The notes under the pieces were generated by a model. The model was not told where the DNA came from. It saw only the letters and a list, made by a program, of their open reading frames with translations, and searched no databases. The position numbers and the translations under genes were made by a program. From a virus, in IMG/VR virus record IMGVR_UViG_3300027833_000001, positions 32,001-96,000 of that record: DNA of 64,000 nt. The stretch is one strand, 5' to 3'. Below, in pieces: positions 56,381-64,000 of the stretch (within the stretch, counting starts at the first letter, position 1; each line of letters begins with the position of its first letter).

Positions 56381-57025
56381 ATGGCAGATTGTCAAATAGG
56401 AGCATTAGGAGAATTAGCTGACAAGCTAGACGAAGGCTTCTCCGTTATTCAGGACAAACTTCAAGCTGTTCAGAATAAGATTAATGCTTTTCCTGGAATG
56501 ATTAATGCCGAGTTGGCTGCAACTTATGCAGAAGTGCAGTTGGCTTTGCATACGCAGTTCCCACAAATCACAAGTTTAGCAGATATAAAGAACGCATTAC
56601 CAGAAGAAATAAAAAATATTGTTGGTCTTGCTCAGGATGCACTTGCATTTGCAACTGAAGTAGAAAGACTTAAAGAAAAATATGAAGATGCTGATCTGGA
56701 CTTATTAAAAGATCCACAAAATATAACCAATCTCTTGAGAGACATACAGGGAGATTTAAACAGACTATGTGATCTAGTGCCTACATATGTAGAAGTTACC
56801 GATCCAGAAACTGGTGAGACTAAAAGTGAATTACGTGGTAGAGGCAATTCAGAGATAGAACTTAGGTCTAGACCAAACATTGAAGCGAAGTCATTGTTTA
56901 CAAAAGAAGGCAGAAAACTAGCAGTTAAGCAAGTCACGGAGAGTTTGAAAGGTATCCGAGCAACATATGTTGACGAAGGTACAGGAAATATCTCTAATGA
57001 GGGTGAAAACCGCTATGGATGGTAA
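56381..57025 (+). CDS. hypothetical helical virion-module protein
   Basis: 214 aa between gp5 and gp25. Confidence 0.7.
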   Translation: MADCQIGALGELADKLDEGFSVIQDKLQAVQNKINAFPGMINAELAATYAEVQLALHTQFPQITSLADIKNALPEEIKNIVGLAQDALAFATEVERLKEKYEDADLDLLKDPQNITNLLRDIQGDLNRLCDLVPTYVEVTDPETGETKSELRGRGNSEIELRSRPNIEAKSLFTKEGRKLAVKQVTESLKGIRATYVDEGTGNISNEGENRYGW

Positions 57026-57033
57026 CAAGGAGT

Positions 57034-57041
57034 TATAAATA
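57034..57041 (+). promoter_or_regulatory. late promoter
   Basis: TATAAATA. Confidence 0.7.
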
Positions 57042-57046
57042 GAACT

Positions 57047-57442
57047 ATGAGAAAAGAACCTGTAAGGCTATATAAAGACATAGATATGAAGTTCACAAAG
57101 AACTTTATTTCCAACGACATTGGCAAAAAATATGATGCCCATGCCGTCAGACAGGCAATGAAGAATATCATCTATACAAACCTCAATGAAAGACCATTTG
57201 ATCCTGCATGGGGATCTCAGATACGCCAGTTGATGTTTGAGCCAATAGATGATACTACTGGCAACGCATTAGAAAAATTAGTCAAACAGGCTATTGTAAA
57301 CCACGAACCCAGAGTCAATGTTGACCGAGTTCATGTAATAGCAAAGTTTGATTCGAATGAATATGAAGTCTATGTGTACTATTATATTTTAGGTATTACA
57401 GACTTACAAGAAATGAATTTAGTTCTATCGAGGTTACGATAA
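57047..57442 (+). CDS. gp25: baseplate wedge subunit
   Basis: YKDID..F, AVRQAMKNI, ERPF.P..GS, FEP, HEPRV. Confidence 0.92.
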   Translation: MRKEPVRLYKDIDMKFTKNFISNDIGKKYDAHAVRQAMKNIIYTNLNERPFDPAWGSQIRQLMFEPIDDTTGNALEKLVKQAIVNHEPRVNVDRVHVIAKFDSNEYEVYVYYYILGITDLQEMNLVLSRLR

Positions 57443-57753
57443 TGCCTAGTGTACTAGTTGGACCTGCAACCGCTGGCGCAGACACTGCCCATGCGACTCC
57501 ATTTGGAGTTGGCAATGTCACACTAGCCAACGTGACTGTCAAAGCTGGAGCAACTTATATAGTATGTGTTGGGGATGTCGTGGCACCACACAGCGGAACT
57601 TCCTCAACTCCGCACGTGGCACCACTTACAGTAAGTACAGGATCTAGTACGGTAAAAATAAATGGGAGAGCCGTGGCTATGGTAGGTTCAGTGGCTTCAT
57701 GTGGGGGAATTGTCACTACAACTCCTTACCCTACTGTCATAATTGGCGCATAA
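57442..57753 (+). CDS. gp5.4: PAAR-like spike tip protein
   Basis: VGD.VAPH, H...STGSSTVKINGRAVAMVGS.ASCG. Confidence 0.8.
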   Translation: MPSVLVGPATAGADTAHATPFGVGNVTLANVTVKAGATYIVCVGDVVAPHSGTSSTPHVAPLTVSTGSSTVKINGRAVAMVGSVASCGGIVTTTPYPTVIIGA

Positions 57754-57781
57754 ATAAAGATAACGAGAGAAGAGAAAAAAC

Positions 57782-59695
57782 ATGGCAATCAAAAACGTCA
57801 CAAATTTAGACTTTGAAGAAGTTAAAGCAAATCTAAAGTCACACTTACAGGCTCAGGATGAATTTTCTGATTATAATTTCGATGCATCTGGCTTGTCCGT
57901 GTTAGTTGATCTTCTTGCATACAATACACATTACAATGCGGTAATGGCACATTTGGTTGCTAATGAATCATTCATTGATTCCGCTGTTAAAAGAAATTCC
58001 GTTGTTTCAATTGCAAAGACTATGGGATACACTCCTAGATCAGCAAGGTCTGCAAGAGCAACCATCGATCTTACTATTACTCCCGATTCATCTTATTCTT
58101 CATCTACTCTATTCATTTCAAGATTAGCGACATTTACCGCTTCTGTAAATGGCAAATCTTATTCTTTCTTGCCTGCATCTGATACTACAATTACTAAAAC
58201 TTTTAATGCCGCTGGTGTAGGGCAGTTTATTGCAACAGGGCTTGAAATAGTTGAAGGTAGACTAACATCAACATCTGAAGTGATATCTACCAACAACAGA
58301 CAAGGTCCTGTGTTGTTACCAAACGATAACGTAGATACTACCACTATTAAAGTTACAGTCAAAGAGAATACAAATAGCAGTGTTACAACTGCATACTCTT
58401 TTTCTGATAACATTCTAGACGTAACGAGTACATCAAAAGTATTCTATATCGAAGAATCTACTTCTGGAAAATACGAGATTTATTTCGGTGATGGAGTTTT
58501 AGGTAAGAAGTTAGACGTAGGAAATATTGTTCAAGTAGAGTATGTTGTTTGTGCTGGTACCGCTCCAAATGGTGCTAGAGCGTTTAAAAATTCAGTAAAC
58601 TTTACGGGCGCGGCTGAGACTGTAACTGGTACGGTTTCATCTAATGCTGGTGGTGGTGCTGTTAGAGAAGATGTTGAGAGCATTCGATTTACTGCTCCAA
58701 GATTTAATGCTGTTAAAAACAGAATCGTAACAAAGACAGATTACGAAACAGTTATTAAAGCGGCTAATCCAAATATTAAATCCGTTACTGCTTGGGGTGG
58801 TGAAGATAACGATCCTCCAATCTACGGAAGAGTATTCGTATCTTTACAACCTGAAAGTGGATTTACTATAACACAATCAGAAAAAGCGACATTATTAAAT
58901 GACGTTATTTCTCTAAAACAACCTATTACAATGTCAACTCAGTTTGTTGATCCAGAATTTACTCATGTTGGATTAAACATTTCGGCAACGTATGATCCAA
59001 AATTAACAACACAAACTCCATCTGCATTACAAGCACTGATTACAGCGGAAGTAGAAACTTACTTTAACGGTACATTGAATGCATTGAAGAAAAACTTTTA
59101 CTATTCTTTTATTACAAATAGAATTAATAATGTTTCTAAAGCTATTATAGGAAACAATATTGAGTTGCGCCTTCAAAAACGATTAGTTCCTGCATTGAAT
59201 GTTGCAACTAGATATGAACCTAAGTTCAACAATAAGATTCTTCCAAACTCAATTAGAACAAACTATTTTAATGTTGTTATTAATGGCATAACATATTCAA
59301 AAGTTAGTATAACTGATACTCCAGACGCAGATGTGATAGCACCAGTGTACTCTGGTAAAGGTATACTTAAACTTACTGATGTACAATCATCAACTGTTTT
59401 ATTAGAATCACTAGGAACAATCGACTATGATACTGGTGCTCTTGATATACCAGCAATGTCAGTCGCTTCAGTTTCTGGTACAGTAACAGATATCAGAGTA
59501 AGCGCAACTCCTCACGAAGGGTCAAAAAACATATCTACTGACGTTTTGATTAGAACATCTGAAGAACAAAAGTTTGCGATTACTCCTTTACCTGCTAGAA
59601 ATGTAATTTTAACACTGGATTCAAGTGCATCCGATACGATAAATAATATCAGAGCCGGAGTCAGTGTGACTATGGTACCAAGAGTAGCTGATTAA
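57782..59695 (+). CDS. gp6: baseplate wedge subunit
   Basis: LDFEEVKANLK, DYNFDASGLSVLVDLLAYNTHY, YFGDGVLGK, WGGEDNDPPIYG. Confidence 0.95.
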   Translation: MAIKNVTNLDFEEVKANLKSHLQAQDEFSDYNFDASGLSVLVDLLAYNTHYNAVMAHLVANESFIDSAVKRNSVVSIAKTMGYTPRSARSARATIDLTITPDSSYSSSTLFISRLATFTASVNGKSYSFLPASDTTITKTFNAAGVGQFIATGLEIVEGRLTSTSEVISTNNRQGPVLLPNDNVDTTTIKVTVKENTNSSVTTAYSFSDNILDVTSTSKVFYIEESTSGKYEIYFGDGVLGKKLDVGNIVQVEYVVCAGTAPNGARAFKNSVNFTGAAETVTGTVSSNAGGGAVREDVESIRFTAPRFNAVKNRIVTKTDYETVIKAANPNIKSVTAWGGEDNDPPIYGRVFVSLQPESGFTITQSEKATLLNDVISLKQPITMSTQFVDPEFTHVGLNISATYDPKLTTQTPSALQALITAEVETYFNGTLNALKKNFYYSFITNRINNVSKAIIGNNIELRLQKRLVPALNVATRYEPKFNNKILPNSIRTNYFNVVINGITYSKVSITDTPDADVIAPVYSGKGILKLTDVQSSTVLLESLGTIDYDTGALDIPAMSVASVSGTVTDIRVSATPHEGSKNISTDVLIRTSEEQKFAITPLPARNVILTLDSSASDTINNIRAGVSVTMVPRVAD

Positions 59696-62600
59696 TGAGT
59701 ACGTCTCCAAGATTTAAAAAATATATAAAAGCTATTACCGTTACTAGTGGCGGTACTGGTTATCAGGCGGGCAATAAAAATGTCCTCACTTCTGGTGACC
59801 AACAATATGCTATCGACTATTTTGGAGACAACTATGTTCTTTATTATGGTCAATCTACAACCACACTTACCGCAGACTTAAAAGTATTAATTAGTGCGCC
59901 GACAAGTACTATACCTGGCGATACTCCTGTACAAGCAACTGGTACTATAACATTAAGTTCTTCTGGTGTTATCACAGCAATCACCATGACAAATATTGGT
60001 GATGGATATATTACTGAACCTACAGTAGATATTTTAGGTACGCCAAATTTAGTTACAGATATTTCTACTACCGATACACTGAGAGATGACGGAACGTATA
60101 CTAATATTCCTACTACATCGGTTGACGGAATTGGTACTGGTGTTAAAGTTGATATAATAATAGAATCTGGTAAGATTGTCAAGATTCTTCCAACTGGTGG
60201 TGAAGATTACAAAATAGGCGAAGAGCTTACTATAGATGCAATTGCTATTGGTGGTACTGGTGATGAGGATCCCATTAACTTCACTGTAACCAAAATTAAC
60301 GGTGGTAGCGGTGCAACATTCACAGTAGAATTAGATCAAGTAGGAAAGCCAGATGATTACTATGTGGAAAAACTTTCACCTGTAATCGAAAATCAAATAC
60401 CAGAATTTGTAAGAGATGAGTATCCATTATTCGCATCTTTCATTAAGAAATATTATGAGTACATGGATGATAATGATGCCACTTATGGCATGAATCCAAA
60501 TAATGTTCTTAATACTATACAAGATAGATTAGATGTTGACTTCAATGATGCAAATGAAGAAACCAGTACAGACTTCTTAGAGCAGTTCTTTGAAGACTAT
60601 GGAAAAGATTTCCCCATCTCAATGGCAGGAGATAAAAGACTTCTAGTTAAAAATATACGAGATTTCTATACATCAAAAGGCACAGCGAAAGCCGTAGAAA
60701 ATCTATTTAAGATTATGTACAACGAGAACATCGAAGTTTTCGTTCCCAACACTCATGTTCTAAGACCATCTGATAACACTTGGACAAGAGAGTATGTTGT
60801 TAAAGTCTATGAGAACATCTTCTTACCTTTTTTAGATCCTGGCGCGACTATATTCGATCCAGCAGAATTTGAAGGCAAAGAAATTGTTATCAGTCATTTT
60901 GAATCTATTGGGTCAGTAACAAATAGAAAAGAAAGAAAAGCAAATGTTAGTCAGGTAAAGAAAATTTCTTTCACTGTACCACAAGCGTATGAATTAACAT
61001 TAGATTTACCAGTAGATTATGTAATTCCTGGTGTAGGTTCAGGAGCAACATTTACCGCTGTTATTGGTGGTAAGATAGCATCAACTGGAACTGTAAGCGC
61101 CGCAGATTCAAACAGAACTTCTGGTACATATACTATTGGCGCATCTGATTACACAACATCTGGAAATGGAACGGGTGCAACATTTAGTATTGTAGTAGAT
61201 GGAAGTGGTAGCGCAGAAATAACTACTACGGGAGTTGGGCTAGACTATGCTCCTGATGAAACTATTACTGTTCCCAATGTACGACTTGGTAATGGCTCTG
61301 GGGCTGCCGCATTAACTTTTAAAGTTGCAACGATAACAGAAGGTAAGATACACTCTGTCACTATTGATAGTGCAGGAAATCAGTACTCTTCAAACATACC
61401 ATTAAAAGTAACACCTAATACCGCAGATACAATTACGACTGAAGCTACCCCTTTGATGCGAGTTACTAATGGATCAGTAACTTCTATCATATTCACTGAT
61501 GGTGTACAAGGAGTTGGATACAATCATGTTCCTACTTTAAGAGAATCAAACTATTTTCAGCAATCTTATATAAGTTTATCAACTGATGATAGAACACTTA
61601 ATGTAAATAAGAAAGCAATACCTGGTAGAATTCTATCAGGTGCTGTAGTCAAATCAACTAGCGGAGAAGCAATTGGTGGATTTGCGGTAGGACAATCTTA
61701 TAAGATTGACGAAAACGCTTCCTTGTCTCCATATGCAATTGATTACTTTGCGGGAGATTATACCCTAACTGGTATTGCAAACAACTCATTCGTTAAAGTA
61801 TCACAGATATCTTCTACTGGATTCCCAACTGCATTAGATGTAATCGCAATTGGTGCTGGATTCACAGGAGCGCATTTCGATGTAAACATAGTATCGCCAT
61901 TAGGTTATACTGCAACTCTCACTTGTACTACTGGCTATAACGCAGTCTATCCAGGAATGTTTGCTGGTACATCTGGTTTCTTATCAGACGCAAACAAAGC
62001 ACAAGATAATAGATTATACCAAGCATTCTCATATCAAGTTAGATCAGAAAGACCTAAATCTGAATGGGGCGAGTACGTAAAACGTGCGGCTCACCCAGCT
62101 GGTATGGTAGCATTCTCTGATTTACAGATTACAAATACAATAGATTTCTCAGGCACAACAACGGTAGATACTGACCTATTCTTCTACGTAGTTATGCCAG
62201 ATATAGATGTTATCTCTGTACAAGATGTACTAACTAAAGATATGCACTTGCCACTTGTTACTGATGTACCAACAACTTCAGAACCATATTACTCAATGGA
62301 ACCAGGACTTCATAAAGTCGATACAACTGATTTTATTGAAACACTGGCTAAAGATGTAGAGACTATCAGAACAGACGTATTTAATCCTTTCCATGGTTCT
62401 TTAATATTCGATGTAGAGGCAGTACTTCCTACAGAAAACTCTGTGATGTCTGATAGTATTTCGACATTTGAAATTGGCAGAGGATTAACTGATACATTTG
62501 CAGGTGCAGATGTTATTCAATTTGGAACTGAAACTGCATTCACTGAGCAAATTAAATGGGAAGACGTTGACTCAGAATACGCAACAGATTATTTCCTAAA

Positions 62601-63219
62601 TGATGGCGGTGCTTATACAGAGGGTGTTCCTCTTGTAGTACTTCATTTTGATAAGCATTTTGATCAACTCAGTTTTGGTGCATACGCAACAGATTACTTT
62701 GCTGAAGTCTATACAGATGAAACTTCGGAAACAAATTCTAATAATGCTGGTGATCGTCCAATTTGGTCAGACGCACCATCATTGCACGTAGTACCAGAAA
62801 CAATAATAGATACGTTTAGCGTACAAGATACACCAATAATGGTTCTTATTATAAACAGAACAGTGGCAGACTCGCTAAACACAGCAGATACTTTAAACTT
62901 GATGAATATCGAGTTGAGTAAAACAGAGGTTCCTGTAACCTCAGACTCGGTAAATGTGATTGAATTCACTACAGCCTTTACAGAACTTGCGAATACTCAA
63001 GAAGCTACAGTAGTTAAAGATATATTTAATGGATACTCAGAGTCCATAGCAACATTGGAAGGAACTGCTTCATATAACGTCTTAATATTCCCAAGCATAA
63101 ATAAAGCAGATACTTCAAACACAGCGGAATCTGGATCTGTAACGCAATCTGATTACGGAACTAGTACGGATTATTTCTTGGAAGATTATGTTGCAACTGA
63201 AGTAAGAAGCATTGCATAA
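59695..63219 (+). CDS. gp7: baseplate wedge initiator with extended beta-rich domains
   Basis: QIPEFVRDEYPLF..F...YY, FYTSKGT, QDNRLYQAFSY, HPAGM. Confidence 0.8.
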   Translation: MSTSPRFKKYIKAITVTSGGTGYQAGNKNVLTSGDQQYAIDYFGDNYVLYYGQSTTTLTADLKVLISAPTSTIPGDTPVQATGTITLSSSGVITAITMTNIGDGYITEPTVDILGTPNLVTDISTTDTLRDDGTYTNIPTTSVDGIGTGVKVDIIIESGKIVKILPTGGEDYKIGEELTIDAIAIGGTGDEDPINFTVTKINGGSGATFTVELDQVGKPDDYYVEKLSPVIENQIPEFVRDEYPLFASFIKKYYEYMDDNDATYGMNPNNVLNTIQDRLDVDFNDANEETSTDFLEQFFEDYGKDFPISMAGDKRLLVKNIRDFYTSKGTAKAVENLFKIMYNENIEVFVPNTHVLRPSDNTWTREYVVKVYENIFLPFLDPGATIFDPAEFEGKEIVISHFESIGSVTNRKERKANVSQVKKISFTVPQAYELTLDLPVDYVIPGVGSGATFTAVIGGKIASTGTVSAADSNRTSGTYTIGASDYTTSGNGTGATFSIVVDGSGSAEITTTGVGLDYAPDETITVPNVRLGNGSGAAALTFKVATITEGKIHSVTIDSAGNQYSSNIPLKVTPNTADTITTEATPLMRVTNGSVTSIIFTDGVQGVGYNHVPTLRESNYFQQSYISLSTDDRTLNVNKKAIPGRILSGAVVKSTSGEAIGGFAVGQSYKIDENASLSPYAIDYFAGDYTLTGIANNSFVKVSQISSTGFPTALDVIAIGAGFTGAHFDVNIVSPLGYTATLTCTTGYNAVYPGMFAGTSGFLSDANKAQDNRLYQAFSYQVRSERPKSEWGEYVKRAAHPAGMVAFSDLQITNTIDFSGTTTVDTDLFFYVVMPDIDVISVQDVLTKDMHLPLVTDVPTTSEPYYSMEPGLHKVDTTDFIETLAKDVETIRTDVFNPFHGSLIFDVEAVLPTENSVMSDSISTFEIGRGLTDTFAGADVIQFGTETAFTEQIKWEDVDSEYATDYFLNDGGAYTEGVPLVVLHFDKHFDQLSFGAYATDYFAEVYTDETSETNSNNAGDRPIWSDAPSLHVVPETIIDTFSVQDTPIMVLIINRTVADSLNTADTLNLMNIELSKTEVPVTSDSVNVIEFTTAFTELANTQEATVVKDIFNGYSESIATLEGTASYNVLIFPSINKADTSNTAESGSVTQSDYGTSTDYFLEDYVATEVRSIA

Positions 63220-63223
63220 GTGT

Positions 63224-63231
63224 TATAAATA
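63224..63231 (+). promoter_or_regulatory. late promoter
   Basis: TATAAATA. Confidence 0.7.
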
Positions 63232-63265
63232 GAATTACAATATACAAACCCCTTAGGAGAAAACG

Positions 63266-63718
63266 ATGATTACTAATAACAAAATGAACGCTACAGGCAA
63301 GTTGCACGTAGCACTTTTCGGAGCAGATGGTTCTTTGAAAGAAGAACGAACTGTCACAAACGTAGTAGTAGATGATGGTCTTGACCACATTGCAAGTAGA
63401 CTGGGCGCAAGTTCTGCACCTACAGCAATGTCACATATGGCTATTGGCTCTTCAACTACAGCAGCCGCTGCCGCTGACTCAGCACTTGGAACAGAACTTG
63501 GTAGAGTTGCATTAACTTCTACAACTGTTACCAACTCATCTGTACAGTACATTGGGGATTTCCCTGCTGGAACTGGAACAGGTGCAGTAGTTGAAGCTGG
63601 TGTATTAAACGCATCAAGTGGCGGAGTTTTATTGTGCCGCACAGTATTCGCAGTAGTAAACAAAGGTGCCGCGGATACTTTAAAGATTACTTGGACCGTA
63701 ACTGTAGCTGATTCTTAA
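63266..63718 (+). CDS. virion structural protein (tail/baseplate-associated)
   Basis: NVVVDDG, MSHMAIGS, LGTELGR, EAGVLNA, CRTVF.VVNK..D.L.ITW; AGGAG SD. Confidence 0.75.
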   Translation: MITNNKMNATGKLHVALFGADGSLKEERTVTNVVVDDGLDHIASRLGASSAPTAMSHMAIGSSTTAAAAADSALGTELGRVALTSTTVTNSSVQYIGDFPAGTGTGAVVEAGVLNASSGGVLLCRTVFAVVNKGAADTLKITWTVTVADS

Positions 63719-63738
63719 TCTAGCATAGGGATTCATTA

Positions 63739-64000
63739 GTGACTTTACTACTTACAAATCAGTCAAGAGTTCAACTGGCGAGGTCGTTCTACAGGGACAT
63801 CTTCAATAGCAATGACTATTTCTACTTCTACGCAAGTAGACCATTGCCTTGGACAGACGACCTTGTTCCTGCAACACCTGAAGATGCTCAATCGCAACTT
63901 TCGGATGTCAGGCGTGATACTCTTTTCGTCAAACGGGTGCAAGGTTCAGATGCCTGTATGCTTGCTACCCGAAGAAACTGGGTAAGTGGTACGATCTATG
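63739..64000 (+). CDS. gp8: baseplate wedge subunit, N-terminal part (runs off window)
   Basis: GTG start; YFY.SRPLPW.DD..P..P.D...KRV......RRNWVSGTIY. Confidence 0.75.
   Translation, partial: MTLLLTNQSRVQLARSFYRDIFNSNDYFYFYASRPLPWTDDLVPATPEDAQSQLSDVRRDTLFVKRVQGSDACMLATRRNWVSGTIY

Noticed and set aside
63253-63663. 136-aa minus-strand ORF and other short antisense ORFs in the structural module
   Set aside because: Shadows of well-supported plus-strand virion genes.

Overview
This window is a 64-kb segment of a T4-like myovirus genome, probably marine and infecting a proteobacterium (inferred from sigma70-type early promoters, TATAAATA late promoters, IHF-like boxes, phoH and the tmRNA tag). 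From left to right it contains: (1) 1-12.6 kb, an early/accessory region with short genes behind repeated TTGACA-N17-TATAAT promoters, an ATP-dependent DNA ligase, a TAGT/GREB1-like glycosyltransferase pair and a structured non-coding stretch at 10.67-10.88 kb made of three related pseudoknot units; (2) 12.6-17.7 kb, a minus-strand late operon encoding a secreted Asn/Thr-rich protein, a large secreted acidic protein, a membrane coiled-coil protein, a small basic protein and a PD-(D/E)xK nuclease; (3) 17.9-38.8 kb, a tightly coupled ~21-kb biosynthetic operon with a fatty-acid desaturase, Fe/2OG oxygenases, a GNAT, a methyltransferase, six full-length N-terminal-Twitch radical SAM enzymes plus one half enzyme, three GT10-like glycosyltransferases, a UDP-sugar dehydrogenase, a carbamoyltransferase and SGNH proteins; (4) 39-46 kb, phoH, an exonuclease, a circularly permuted two-piece tmRNA (tag ANDEVFALAA), SleB, an epimerase, gp33, gp59, gp32 and a B12-type radical SAM; (5) 46-64 kb, the baseplate/tail module (gp29, 51, 26, 54, 4, 2, 48, 53, hub, 5, 25, PAAR, 6, 7, start of 8), with a probable -1 frameshift joining gp26 to gp51. 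The best candidates for novel biology are the radical SAM/glycan-tailoring operon and its divergently transcribed secreted Asn/Thr protein module, the permuted phage tmRNA, and the pseudoknot RNA whose loop is complementary to early-gene ribosome-binding regions. All product calls come from motif recognition by eye; no database search was run.
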